Below the pieces are notes generated by a model. That model ran no database searches and was not told where the DNA came from. It saw nothing but the letters and a program-made list of their open reading frames with translations. A stretch of 64,000 nucleotides of DNA from positions 76,817,300 to 76,881,299 of the forward strand of contig NC_090387.1 in NCBI RefSeq assembly GCF_036365525.1. Reading direction: 5' to 3'. The DNA comes from Heterodontus francisci. Its lineage: Eukaryota. Position numbers and translations under genes: made by a program. Shown piece after piece: positions 1 to 13,413 of this stretch (position 1 is the first letter of the stretch; every line of letters begins with the position of its first letter).

Positions 1-460
1 TCATCTAAGTAAGGATATAATTGCTGCAGAGAGAGTGCAAGGGAGGTTCACCAGACTAATCTCTGGGATGGCGAAAATGTCTTATGAGGTGATCTCATTG
101 AAACTTACAAAATGCTTACAGGGTGTGACAGGTTGGTTGTAGATAGAAGGTTTCCCCTGGCTGGTGAGTTTAGAACCAGGGGACATAGTCTCAGAATAAG
201 GGGTACCCCATTTCAAACTGAGATGTGGAGATATTTCTTCATTCAGAGGGTGGTGAATCCTTGGAATTCTCTACCTAGCGGACTGTAGAAGCTCAATCAT
301 TGAACATATTCAAGACAGAAGTCGATAGATATCTGAATACTAATGATATCAAAGGATAGCATCAGAAAATGGCATTGTGGTAGATGATGAGACATGATCT
401 AATTGAATGGCCGAAGCCGTTTCGACGGGCTGAATGGCCTACTCCTGTTCTTTTGTTCCT
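1..460 (+). mobile_element. CR1-type LINE 3' fragment (decayed)
   Basis: Resembles the end of CR1 ORF2 (..TRGH..L.. and F.QRVV..WNSL) plus the 3' tail seen in other CR1 copies in this window. Confidence 0.8.
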
Positions 461-1329
461 ATGTGCCTTTATCGTTTGTTGTACCAGATCAAATGCATTT
501 GGAGAATCCACATAAACTGTACATGCTGCATTCCTATATTTTTATTTGCACACCTATTCCCTCTGTTATTTCGTTGATGAATTCTGTAAGTCAAGCACGA
601 TCAGCCTTTTTAGAAATTTGGGCTGACGGTGCTTGATTAACTCATGTTTCTGAAAGAGATATGTATTTTAATACCGAATGACAAGGCCGGTGTGATGTAA
701 GTAAATGCACAACTGTTCTCCTATCATTATGTTACAATCTACATGACATTCTATTTTCTCATCTACTAATTCATTGGCTTCGAGATGAAGTTCAAGTCAA
801 TGTAATGCAGATTATTTTGATAATTAGCTAATCAAACGTACCACAGCAGCAGAAAAAAAGAACATTTAGGCTTTCTATTGATGCTGGGTTTGGATAAAAT
901 GTGAGGTATCAACAGAGGTGTTGACCGGCCAGCTTTTAGCTATACGAGATGGTTTTGCTAAATATTGACACGAGCCTGTGGCTTTCTTGAGCTAAGTAAA
1001 CAACAGGGCCCAGTTGCTCAGTACGAAGCACTAACTGTTCAAAGTTTAAATTTAGCTCTGTTAATTGCAACATCTTTGAAACACATTGCGTGTTAAATGA
1101 TGGTAGTTATGAAGCACCATATTTGAATGTAATTGTAATAATATAATATTCAGACTTAACAGCGATTGGATTTAATTTTGGCCTGTATAACATCACAACA
1201 TCAGCAATGAAACAGCTTGCAATATTTAATCTATCGGTTTTAAGGCGCCTGTATGTGTTCCATTGTTTCTATTTTCATATAGTACATTAAGCACATCAAG
1301 GAATATGGGGAATTAAGCAAAGAAAAATA

Positions 1330-3330
1330 GCTGCTCGCACCAGGTGCACTGTGAGAGAAGCGCCCCAGCTGTGAGAGGCAGCAACTCCTCCTCCCTTGTA
1401 AGACATATTTATGCATCCCTGCTGATGTGAGAGGGTAGACGACCTGACGATGACTCCAGGAGCCTCTTCCTCTGCTCATCTTGCCACTGCTGCTTTGAGC
1501 TCATCGTCAAGACGAATCTCCTGCAGACACTGAGTACTCTGCTGGATGTAACTGTCCATGAGAACCATCAATCTCTCAATGCAGGACCACATATGCACTA
1601 GTCAGAGTCATTGCAGCACTCAGCCTGGATGGACTCCTCCATTATCTGCACATGGGCGTGCATAGCCTCTAGCATCTGTGCGAAATGTTGCCTGGCCCCT
1701 TGTTGCAGCTGCCACATTTACCATGCTGCTGGTGTCACCAGAGGCAAGTAATAAGCCTGGGGCTCAGCATGGGCCTGGCCTCCCACAATCATCTGACTGT
1801 TAGTGGTCTGGGCTGTCACTGCCTCCATCAGATGCTCAGTATGTCTGTGATAGCACACCAAGTTGATTGGCTGAAGTTAACTGTGAGATCATGCCCATCA
1901 ATGTGAGCGTGTATGTGCTGGGATGTGGTAGGGATTATGGGATTAATGTAGGATTAGTATAAGTGGGAGGTTGATGGTTGGCACAGACTCGGTGGTCCGA
2001 AGGGCCTGTTTCAGTGCTGTATATCTCTATTCTGCTGGAGGGTTCAGGGGCATGAGGTTACAGTGCACCCTCTACTGGCCCCTCCTCCTCCTCCTCAGAG
2101 ACAGCAGTAACTCCCAAAGTCTCTATGTCTGATGTTCAGTGTGACCTGCATGAGACAACAGAGACAATGAAGGATTATGGGCCTCCCTTCCCTACATTCC
2201 AAGCATTGCTACATTGGAAACTCCTGTAAGCAATGGTTTCCACATGAGCAGCATTGGTCCTTCACTGCAAATGCACCTTGCTGTCCAAGACAACCTCATT
2301 CACTCAGTTGGGAAGACATCCCAGTCTCTCGGTCCGATACGGAGCATCCGTCTTGCTCCATGGTCTCCTGCTCCATTGGGCTCAGTACATGGAGATGTGG
2401 CACTCTACCACTGTGCTTGGCCCACTCTCTGCAATTGCATGCTATCTTCTCCTGCAGACACAAAGATGAACATTGTTGGTTGCCCAGTGGGGACAAGCAC
2501 AAGACCTATGGTGCTAGCAGTCCAGTTGTCAATGATGGGGACACACAGTTGCCGACTGCATGCAACCCCTGTCCAGGGACTTTGTGCATTCCTTCAATGA
2601 CAGGTGGGTGCCACTCTGTGCCATTTAGCCTTGCCTCAGGCAGTGTACCTTTATGCCCTGACCCTTTGCCCATGACTGGGTGGGCACTCCCTCTCCATCC
2701 AACGTACCTTCCCACTCAGACACATCCAAGGCCCAGGAGGTCAAGAGTTTTTGAGGTACTCACTTTAGTGGCCTGGATGAGGACATTGAGCCACTTGCAG
2801 CACTAGATCCAGGTCCTTGGGGTAAGCCCATGGCTGCTAAGTTCCTGCACTATCTGCAGCCAGGCTTGCTTGGTCAGGCAAGCCTGTCTCCTCCTCCCAT
2901 CCCTGGGGAAGAGGACCTGCCCACCTTTCCATTGCAACCTGAAGGAGAATTTGGAGGGAGGCATCACGAAACTGTGGGTTTCCCTTCTGCTATGGTTTTG
3001 TTGCCTCTTTCCCTTGAAGAAAAGCTTGTACTGGAACATCATGTATTAAATGTGGGTTTAGCGGCCTTTAAATATGGCGCCAGCAGCTGCCACCGCGTCA
3101 ACTAATGCCACCGACCACTGCGTGATCGTTACCGGCCGGCTGCTCGTGATCAGAACGGAAGCTGCACCCGCTTCCGGTCGCGATGTCGGGGCCGGTTCTT
3201 CCGAACTAAATCCAGCTCAAACAGTCGCACCAAATCAGCAACCGGGATTTTGCTTTTTATGGCAGTCAGCTTCAACCACCAAAGTAATTTCAGGGCTGAT
3301 TCCGCGGTCGTGAGGACCGGTGCGGCAACG
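1330..3330 (-). mobile_element. Probable PIF/Harbinger-type DNA transposon relic with a Myb/SANT-like exon (about 2764-3042)
   Basis: Minus-strand peptide VLFPRDGRRR...KQAWLQIVQELSSHGLTPRTW(I*)CCKWLNVL has the Trp pattern of Harbinger Myb/SANT-like proteins and ends at a GTGAGT donor. Boundaries approximate. Confidence 0.5.
1917..2030 (+). mobile_element. 3' fragment of the tRNA-derived SINE
   Basis: Matches the 3' end of the full SINE at 51734-52080. Confidence 0.8.
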
Positions 3331-4744
3331 AGCTCGCAGGGAGAGCTGGTTTGACCCGTGCGCCTTATTTTCAGTCCATTCACTTGAACATATGCATCTG
3401 AATGTATCGTCTCAACCTAAATATATATCCAGTTTCAATTTGCTGCATTAGATAACAAAGCTTTAACAAATGACACACACAAAAATTTGGAAATACTCAG
3501 CAGATCTGCCGTTAGACCCTCTTTGGACGGGAGCTTCTTCTGCATGGAGGAGGCTTTTACCTCTGCACCCTTCCCCATCATCAGGAGGCCGATACTGACC
3601 CTCACATGTTGCTGCAGTGCCACTGGCAGTGCCTGGATTCCCTTCTGCTGTGCTGCATCTCCTCTTCAATTGGGTCCCTGAAGCCTGGATGATAGGTAGC
3701 CTCTCCCTAAGTGCAAGGCCTTCACTGGAAAGCCCCCCCCCCCACCCCGTTTCCCCACTTGTCACGTATGACGAAGTAACACTTACCCATTACCGCCCCG
3801 CCCCCTCCCCCCCAACCCAGCATGGCTCCTCTGCAGTGTTGGCAGCTTTGCCCCCATTCCTCAGGTGACTCTCGATGTCCTCCCTTCTCTTCCCTTCCTG
3901 GTAATGGATGCTGCCTCTCCCGATGGCCTCCATTTGTAGGCAGCAATGAGCTACCACTTCCATGCCACCTCCTTGAGCTAGGCGAGGCTCTGAAGCCCTG
4001 TGATTCCCAAGCGTCATTAGTAAGATTGAGAACTGAGAATAAAATCTCTGTCAATAGGCCTGTTAAATACCTTGCCTGCCTGCCCGCCCCATCAATTCCA
4101 GAACTCGAGCTCCCCATGTTTTCCGCCGTCAATAAAATCGGAAGGGACGTCATGTCTTCACACTGGAAGCCTGACGGCTCACGTCATGATTTTATGCCTC
4201 ACCGCCTCCAAGGGTCGACTAAAATTTAGCCCTTTGTTTCTCGGGTTACTGTCAGTAAAATGGGTTTCAGTAAGTGTGGGACTGGCGATTCTAGTTCTCA
4301 CTGTATGAAGTGAGAGGGAAATGCTTTCTGAATTTCCTCCCAGTCAGATATAGCAAACAGAGGTTGGGATTTTACCCCGAGATAGTGGCCTTACCACCGG
4401 CTGGAAAGTCGGGGAGCGGCGAGGTGGTGGTGTGGGACGAACCTCTGTTGGCCCTTCAAGCCACGACCAAATTTTACCGTTGTCAGGCAAATAGTTGCCT
4501 AAGTTTATGGCTTGCCCAACCGAGCCCCATCACCCCAACCCCGAGGAAGAATGTCCCACCTCTAAGAGCTGCCGGCCAAACGGGGCCAGCAGCTCTTCAT
4601 TTCCAGCAGTGGCCTCTCAGAATCTCAGAGTAGCACCCGGACACCGCTGTGCAGCATCATCATACAGAAGGGGTGTGACTTCCATGCTGCTCGCTTGTAC
4701 TAAACTGTTCTTGTTTCCCTTTTTCCATGTATACTTTAAATAGC

Positions 4745-5490
4745 CGTGAAGTGGTTTGGTTAGCTATTTCTGGTTTATTCTGCTATTTCTTATATGGTAT
4801 TTGATGTGAAGTTGTTCCGATATGCTTGTGTACGATATTGCAGAGGCACAAAGCGGTTGCTATTTTCCCTCCCGCAGCGGACTGCTTGCTTAACATATTG
4901 TGGAATATCAACAGCAACTTCATGGCGAACTGTTTTGTAGAACAATGTAAGCTGTTGTTGCTGTTGAAGGGTAGGTCACTCCAGGGAGTTCAGCACAGAT
5001 GTAACATTTGATGCTCCAGCATAGTCGTTGAAGACGAACTGTGCTGCACATCTTTGAACCATTTCCAGTTTGGTTACGAGGTCACTTTGGTAGCGGTCCT
5101 AAGCCATTGCTGTATCTTCCAATTTGGGACGTACCACAGCCCTGTATGCTGCAATCTTGACTATTTTGACAGGAGGATACCCAAATACAGGCTTTGCTTG
5201 GCGATGTATGATTGACTCCCATCATGCTTTATGTGAGGTTCCGAGGCTGTCTGCGTTTTTTGCATGCATGGTGTGGCATTGTGATGGGTTGAAAGTCAAT
5301 TGGCATCTATGCGACCATTCTCTTAGTGCATCTACGTCCTTCTGGAGGACGTGGCCTTCCTACCTTCGAATGTATCGGTACATGAAGCAGTTATCTGCAT
5401 AGAGATTGATTTTGGTGTCGGGACTGATTCTATCTCCTACGCCGTTTATATAGAGCAGGAACAACAGGGTTCCCAAAGACGCCTGGAACC
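4745..5490 (-). mobile_element. 5'-truncated non-LTR retrotransposon (RT remnant, CR1/L2 group)
   Basis: LGTLLFLLYING...INLYADNCFMYR corresponds to the RT motifs around YADD. Confidence 0.7.
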
Positions 5491-5842
5491 AGGAGCAGTG
5501 CTGGAGGCAACGAATAAAGCTAAATGAAGCGGGCTCCCCCAAGTCTGTTCGGCAGGTTCCGTCGAGGGTGGCGGGGTGCAATTGAGAGGCGCAGGTGGTG
5601 CTCTTCAACTGGGGGCTGTCCTTGCCACTGGGGAACGCCGATTGGGACACGGGATTCCCGAACAGGAGGAGCGTCCACCCGGGCCTGAATTGAGGCCATC
5701 AGGATATACCTGGCAGTCTCGTCATGTGGTGTGGGCCGTCATACCGCCTCGTTTAAAATACCAGGTGTGGCAGGAAGCGGCTCTAGAGTGGCCATAAATT
5801 AGCCACTTAAGCACCTCAATTTTCCCAAGGGTGGAAGAACAA

Positions 5843-6536
5843 TGAACAAAGAACAAAGAACAGTACAGCACAGGAACAGGTCATTCGGCCCTCCAAGCCT
5901 GCGCCGATCTTGATGCCTGCCCAAACGAACACCTTCTGCACTTCCGGGGACCATATCCCTCTATTCCCTTCCTATTCATGTATTTGTCAAGATGTCTCTT
6001 AAACGTCGCTATCGTATCTGCTTCCACCACCTCCCCTGGCAGCAAGTTCCAGGCACTCACCCCCCTCTGTGTAAAAAACGTGCCTCGCACATCCCCTCTA
6101 AACTTTGCCCCTCGCACCTTAAACCTATGTCCCCTAGTAACTGACTCTTCCACCCTGGGAAAAAGCTTCTGACTATCCACTCTGTCCCTGCCGCTCATAA
6201 CTTTGTAAACTTCTATCATGTCGCCCCTCCACCTCCGTCGTTCCAGTGAAAACAATCCGAGTGTTTCCAATCTCTCCTCATAGCTAATGCCCTCCAGACC
6301 AGGCAACATCCTGGTATACCTCCTCTGTACCCTCCCCAAAGCCTCCACGTCCTTTTGGTAGTGTGGCGACCAGAATTGCACACAATATTCTAAGTGTGGC
6401 CTAACTAAGGTTCTGTACAGCTGCGACATGACTTGCCAATTTATATACTCTGTGCCCCGACCGATGAAGGCAAGCATGCCATATGCCTTTTTGACGACCT
6501 TATCCACCTGCGTTGCCACTTTCAGTGACCTGTGGA
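5843..6536 (-). mobile_element. 5'-truncated CR1 LINE
   Basis: ORF 5881-6693 contains LYRTLVRPHLEYCVQFWSP...TRGHRFK...FFTQRGVSAWNLLP; short-repeat tail reads gaacaaagaacaaag on +. Confidence 0.92.
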
Positions 6537-7189
6537 AGGTTGCACACCACCTCCCTCCCCGCTGGTAGACGACGTCATGGGGGCCGCAACCACCCGATTC
6601 ATTTTTATGATACCCCCCGTCTTTCAATCCGCGCTCTGGTTGGAGGAAGGGCGTAACATTGTCTCCAGAGAAAATCTTCATGAATACTTTCACGATTCGC
6701 CACAGAAAAATGACATTTATTGGTAATGTTTACAGTTCATAATAGGGGAGATGAACGACCCTAAGGTAGCCTCGGATAAAAGAATCGATTCCGCTCAAAA
6801 TAAGTAGAATTTCTGAGAATCCACCCAATGTTCTTTCTTTGTCGTATATGTCTAAAAGTGAAGGATGTGGTGATGCTAAGAAACCCAAGTGGGGAAAAAT
6901 AAATTAAACTGTTGGGTCTTAAGGATAGCTTCAAGGCTCAGAGAAAGTGGTTAGGTGGAGATGGACGTGCTCAATTTACTTAGTAAGGTAAATAAGATCC
7001 TTGACCAGATTCCAAGACACAGCACTATTCACACTTTCCTAGTTGAAAAACTGCCGATCTGTCCCTATTTTTATATTCTATGACCAAGTCAGTTCTCTAT
7101 CCATTCCTTTTGATAGAGTTCATGTTTCCAATTAGAGAGCTCGAACTGGGCTATTTAGAAACTTCAACATCTACAATCTATGGCCTTCC

Positions 7190-7409
7190 AACCTATCACA
7201 CACATTCCTCTTGTTCTTTTTCCCACCTCCCCCTTTCACTTGCTTAATACTTATTACATTTCTAACTTTTCCCAGTTCTGATGAAAGATCATTGACCTGA
7301 AACATTAGCTGGGTTTCTCTCTCCACAAGTGCTGCCCGACATGCTGAGTATTTTCAGCATTTTCTGTTTTTATTTCAGATTTCCAGCATCTGCAGTATTT
7401 TGCTTTTGT
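7190..7409 (+). repeat. Penelope-LTR-like short interspersed repeat with a hammerhead ribozyme core (7271-7313)
   Basis: CCCAGTT-CTGATGA-stem-GAAAC-ATT-AGCTGGG. Related copies at about 10757-10905, 33903-34030, 47195-47312, 54276-54487. Confidence 0.6.
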
Positions 7410-7769
7410 ACAATCCATGGCTTTCCCCTATTAACATAATTTGGATACTAATTAGTAGTAGCCCATTCTAAATTCTCCACCAGGTGGATCAAACCTCTTG
7501 CTTCAGCTCAGTAACTTGTCCTGTTTCACTTTCAAGTACAGAAACTCGCACTACACCCTTCCGTTTTGAATATATAGAACCCCAACATATTGATGAATCC
7601 AAGATAATTCACCAGGATTAACTGTAAGGGGCTTAATTCAACTTCTAATTTGATTTGCAACCAAAGCCTCCACCCTAATCTTTAGTTAGTAATGCCCAGT
7701 TATGTTCCAAATCTGTAGTGGTTGTCCCAGGCGTTTTGAAGCTCAGTTGATTCCGCCACATTAACAACT

Positions 7770-8110
7770 AGAACTTGCATTGATATAGAGCTTTTACTGT
7801 AGTAAAATGTCTAAATGGGCTTCACAGACAAACTATCAAACACAAGTTGACACGCAAACACATAAGGAGCTAATATGACAAATGCCCAAATGCGTGGTCA
7901 CAGCGATTGATTTTTAGCTTTAAAGGTGCAGAGAAAGGTGATGACCCGGAGAGGCCGAGGCAGTGAATTCCAGAGTTCAAGGCGTAGACAGCTGAATCCC
8001 AGGTTGCAGAGTTCAAGGCTTGGACAGCTGAATCCAAGGTTGCAGAAGAGACTGACCCGGGCGGAAGGCTGAGTTCTCAGCGGTTTGTCGGGTTGAAGGT
8101 GTGCAAGTGC
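7770..8110 (-). mobile_element. Decayed L2-like 3' fragment containing a 36-bp tandem duplication (about 7970-8046)
   Basis: LWNSLPRPLR-type end on the minus strand; unit CAGAGTTCAAGGCNTRGACAGCTGAATCCMAGGTTG occurs twice. Confidence 0.45.
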
Positions 8111-9288
8111 ATTACGGACAATCTCTCCAGGCAAGACTTAATCAATTGAAGCAACAGGATACCCGATTAATAAGTCCAGAAATGTTGTTGAAAGTAAAAC
8201 AATACTTGACATTTAGAAGTAGAATTATACTTAAAAACTTGAGAATATAACTTTATAGCTATCACAGGTGTGCTTCCTGGTCGAGTATTCGTTACAGGGC
8301 TCCGCGGTCCTCTATTTTCGGTTTTGATCCCTCGTCAGTCATAGAACTTGAATGATGATTTGTGCTTCTACCTCTGAGGTCTTCTATTGTCTCTGCGCAA
8401 TGAAAGCTTACAAGACCCCTGCCTCTAACCCTTGGATGGCCATCAAACCATCTCTGAGTCAGGTTCTTGTAAAAACAATAATTGGTTCTGGCGGTTGCTA
8501 GGAAATGTAATTGGTTTTTTATTATGTCGTCCACTAACAGCCATCTGTGCTCGGTAGAATACAATGCACTGTCTCTTAAACTGATATTAAACAAATCTTC
8601 ATTCATTAAAGCCGGACACTGGAACACCACGATATACCATCGCATGGGCTTTATCAGGGATCCAAAAGGTCCCATTGTTTGAATGCATTTAACTGAAAGT
8701 GACATAGATAAATAAACTTAGAGTAATTAATCTTAAGAAGCTCTAACTGAAAACCCATTCTTTCTAAAATGGTTATTGATTCACCAACTATAACTCAATC
8801 AAGGTTCTTTTTTTTATAATTATCTGCTTCATGATCGGTAACTATTAATTAGTTAATACATAATGCAAACGTTAATACAGAATACAAAATGGCGTCTTTG
8901 ATCACGTGTTAGTATTAAAATGGCTTCCTTGACTTTGTTAGTTATTACAGTGGATACAGTATAAAAATGGTTAAATTAAACTAAAATCTAACTACCCAAG
9001 CTTAAATACATGAATTTACAGAGATAGGGAGTCCTGCCTTAGTTAAGTAAAGAGATTTGGCAGAATTCCCGAAAAAAATTGTCTCTCTATACAACATTCC
9101 ACGGCTATCGCAAAATGGCTGCAAGTCACACTGGTGGGAGACGCTTGATTATCCAGAGAATAGAGTCGCTGCAGCTGTTATATTTTTCTAGCCGCTGGAA
9201 GCCACACGGAATTTCAGGACAAAGAATCAGGATTCGGAGACAAGAAGCGAATGAAGTTCTACCGGTGATGATGCTATCCCACCGACAA

Positions 9289-9413
9289 CCAATCAGGAGT
9301 CGGTTTGGAACAATGACGTCAATATCTGTTATCGGAGAAACAGAAACAGCAGAGCTGCTGTTCGGCAGATCACAGCAATTGGCAATTAACAAGATCACTT
9401 TCAGAAAGTAAGT
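9289..9413. promoter_or_regulatory. Candidate promoter/enhancer module: CCAAT/Y box, CRE, X-box-like and ISRE-like motifs, plus a splice donor
   Basis: CCAATCAG 9289-9296, TGACGTCA 9314-9321, ATCTGTT 9324-9330, GAAACAGAAAC 9337-9347, GTAAGT 9408-9413, all in non-repeat sequence. Confidence 0.45.
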
Positions 9414-10328
9414 ATCAGTGAGGGATTCTCACAATATATTATTTCACAAGCACCAATTTTACCAGTGTTAATTATTCCCTATTTGCACCCTGGTTCAGCA
9501 CACGGTCACAGCTGAAATGTAATGTGTAGACGAGATAATTTTAAATGTTTTATTATGAATCTTAATGCCATTCCATAATCAGGAAATCTGGCATCACTGT
9601 GAACACGCAAAACGCTAAGAGGCGATTATGGAGTGAGTTATAGTAACAGACAATGTTCAATGTAATTTCATCTCTGTCTCGAGAACCAACAGAGCAGAAT
9701 GTAGACAGTTACCTATTCGTGTTAGAAATACACTTTCGTCACCTGATTTCTAATTTGCCTCGTCATTTCCAGAACTCTTTTCAACATTGATGGTGAGTTG
9801 CACCAAGGCCCTGGGGCATTAGTTTCTCATATGTGTGAGCAACCGTTCACTGACATACTCATTACTTGGACCAAGTGTACTTAGCACTGAAAGAAACACG
9901 AGAGAGTTGCTAAGATCCTGAATTCAATGTATTCTTGGCTTAAACGGCTATGGGCATTGAAAAGAGCACCATTCTGATAGCAGAATGACAACAGATGGTA
10001 ACTCGAAGAGCATATGATTGTACAGCACTTCCATCAGATGTGTTTAAATTAGGTGTTCATTTTTGAAGAAGCAAAAAATGTGTAAAAGTTAAATAAAGTG
10101 GAACCACCCTATGGGTTTCCTTTCACTATTAAGCTGAGGCTTAAAAATGCACACATGGCTTGTAGCAGCAGAGCTACAAAAATACAGAAAAATATTCTTG
10201 AAGTTTCACCTTCTACAAGGCAGAATTCAGGGGTGTGACGGCGATGGCTACGTGAATGCAGCACCAACAACAATCAAAAAGCTGGACAACATACAGGAGG
10301 AATTAACCAGTTTGTTTGACATTCTATA

Positions 10329-11336
10329 TGTTACGATTGACCACTCCAGTCAAAGCCGCCAGTCAAAATATACGATTCTGATTGTGGTGGGAGAAACGTG
10401 ATGCCAATTCAATCACGTCCCTCCAGAGATCGCCTAACATATAATTTTAAACTTTCCAAATTAAAAAAGACCCATCCAAAATTGTACCATCTATTAACAG
10501 CACTCCCACCCACCGCCACCCACCACCTGCGCCTCTGAATGAGGCTAACCAAATCAGGAGTCTTTAAATCAACAAATTAACTGTTGAATTAGAAAAATTA
10601 AGTTCTTAAACACTTCTAAGATATAAACAGCATTTATAATAGAAAAATAAATAGAACCCTTGAGGATTTACGCTCCTGCTGAACGTGGAACAGTCCAAGG
10701 TTACTTGAAGTCCTCACAGCCGTCTGATAGGAGGAAAAATGTTCTTCAACAATAGAATAAAAGCAAAATACTGCAGATGCTGGAAATCTGAAATAAAAAC
10801 AAGACTGAAGAAGGGTCTCTGACCTGAAACGTTAACTCTGCTTCTCTCTGCACAGATGCTGCCAGGCCTGCTGAGTATTTCCAGCATTTCTTGTTTTTAT
10901 TTCTTCAACAGTAGGATAGTCAGTGGTCTAGTTCAGAAGTTAAAATGATTCTCTTCTTCTAGCAATGAACGCAACAATTACAGTTCAGTAGTTAAAGGAA
11001 TTTGGTTATTTTCTTTCAAGAAATTAATCTGGCTTGACATCGGAGATTTGTGATAATAATAAATAAGGTTGAAATATTCCTTCCGTATCTGCTGGTCCAG
11101 CTGTCTGTCTGTATCTCTGAGTTAGAACAGTCTGTTTCCACTATAAGCCAGTTCAAAATTAAATTGTAACAATGCATCTCTCGATCTCTGGTCCTGAAAG
11201 GCTGTATCTTGGGGCAACAAGAATACATTCTTTGACTCAGTTTTTAGAACTTGCTGCCTTAAAGCAGTACTGCTTCCTTTCCAGCTTTAAAGGCACACCA
11301 CATTCTTCCCGAAAAGAAGACTGCAGAATCATAACA
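10329..11336 (-). repeat. 3' LTR of the Gypsy element (carries a later repeat insertion at about 10757-10905)
   Basis: TGTTA...TAACA termini; the minus-strand polypurine tract AGGGGCGGAGA (11337-11347) abuts it. Confidence 0.88.
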
Positions 11337-13089
11337 TCTCCGCCCCTGGTGGAATGAAATGTCATTCCTCAAATGCGTTTCATTACAATGGGTAAAAAAT
11401 ACAAATTGGAAAAAAACGCTAACACATCTTTCCCGCATTTACAGTCATACACATTCCTAAAATGTTAAGACTACAGCAACAAGTTCCATCAAAACATTTC
11501 GGCTTTAAATTTTCAAAAGGTTTTCCCAATTTATCCATATCAAATTTCCCAGCATAGTCATCCAACTGTTTCGTGTTTTCCTTCTGAGTGTCCCGATTGT
11601 ACATCACCTCATCCAGGTGAACTGCACAGCTAGGAGCACTGACCACTACTGGGTTAACTATTCTCTGAGAAGTTTCTGGAGTACCCCTTAACTTATATGG
11701 CATCACTTGACACTGGAATACCCTGAGTAGTGTAACAGAAGCTGCTTTTCCCTTACCCTAGGGTGTCAAAGGAATTTGACAGTATCCCTCCAACACATAT
11801 GTCACTTTGAGATGCGTGGTGTTGTCCACTCTGTCTATACAATCCTTTAAATGAGAATTTGGGTAGGAGCCTGCCTTCTTTACCACAGTGACTTTTCTAG
11901 AGTCTATGCAAATTTGAGCTGACCCACCAGGTTTAGACATCAAGACTATCTGCGAATTCCAGCTGTCCTGACTAGGTTCAACTTAGCTGCCCTTCAACAT
12001 GCATTGGATATTTGCATCGACTTGGGCCTGTCTGTCTGGACCTAAGCAACAAGGATGTTTTTTAAAGGAATGCTCCCCTCTATACCCACATCATGTGTGG
12101 CTAAGGCTGTACATCCTGGCTTATCCCTACAAACATTTGGAAACGTTGTGAATACCCTGGATAGGACTTCACGCTGTTTTGCCTCTAAGTTTTAAAGCCT
12201 GTTGTTTAATTTTCCTAGCCATTGTGTATTCGCTAATTGAATAGTTAGAGGCTCAATCTAAGAATTTCCTAGGCCTACTTCTGCCTCATACTCACTATCC
12301 TTTTCTTTCTCAACAGTCCTGATGACCTGGCATACCTGTACTGGCTTATTCTCCTTCCTGCAGTAATATTGTTTGAGCATATTAATGTGACACAACTGGT
12401 ACTTCTTCCAGTGATCATGCGTGTCAATAAAGTAATCTACCTTACCCACTCTTTTGATCAGTCTATATGGACCACTGACCCATATTTTAATGGATCTCCC
12501 TGTAATGGTAACAACACTAATACTTCATTCCCTGGTTTTATAGTAGGTTGTGGTTTTCTCACCATTTGACAAGTATGGCATATCCTACAAAATTGTCTCA
12601 CATCCTTTGTATGACCTGGCCAGTAATAATGTCGACTTTTGTATGATTTGGGCTTCCGAATTCCCATATGTCCTGCAAAAGGAATGTCGTATGCTAACTT
12701 AATGATCCTTGTCAATATTTAGGTGGTGCCATTATCTTTTCAACAACTGTCCAGTCTTCGTCAGCAGGTCTATGAGGCGGTCTCCATTTTCTCCCCAAAA
12801 CCCAGTTTGTCATATAATAGTCTTCCAAAACTCATTTTGTCTCAGTTTCTGACAGAGCCACCTGTATTATTCGGTATATCACTGGATCAGCTTGCTGTGC
12901 TGCAATGATAGAAGATCTGTTAAACATATCATTTGGATTATCTAAATCATCAATAAGCTTTCAGATACTTGGCTATCTATTTGTGGTGCCCCTTTTACCT
13001 CCGACATTGGATCCTGTTTAGCCATTGCTCGGGTGCCTACACACATAGGAAATATTCCTGGAACTTGTTCCTGTAATTGCACCATCTAC

Positions 13090-13413
13090 TTTAGTTTAGA
13101 GATACGGCCCACCGAGTCTGTGCCAACCATCAACCACCCATTTTATACTAATCCTACACTAATCCCATATTCCTACCACATCCCCACCTGTCCCTATATT
13201 TCCCTACCAGCTACCTATACTAGGGGCAATCTATAATGGCCAATTTACCTACCAACCTGCAAGTCTTTTGGCTTGTGGGAGGAAACCGGAGCACCCGGAG
13301 AAAACCCACGCAGACACAGGGAGAACTTGCAAACTCCACACAGGCAGTACCCAGAATTGAACCCGGGTCGCTGGAGCTGTGAGGCTGCGGTGCTAACCAC
13401 TGCACCACTGTGC
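13090..13413 (-). mobile_element. tRNA-derived SINE (HE1/V-SINE-like) inserted in the Gypsy element
   Basis: Near-identical to the other three full copies; Pol III A and B boxes. Confidence 0.9.

Noticed and set aside
2177-2806. 209-aa plus-strand ORF
   Set aside because: Antisense to a Harbinger-like relic; no recognisable protein features.
8183-9096. Possible solo LTR (TGTTGT...ACAACA termini)
   Set aside because: No TSD and no second copy in the window; cannot be supported.
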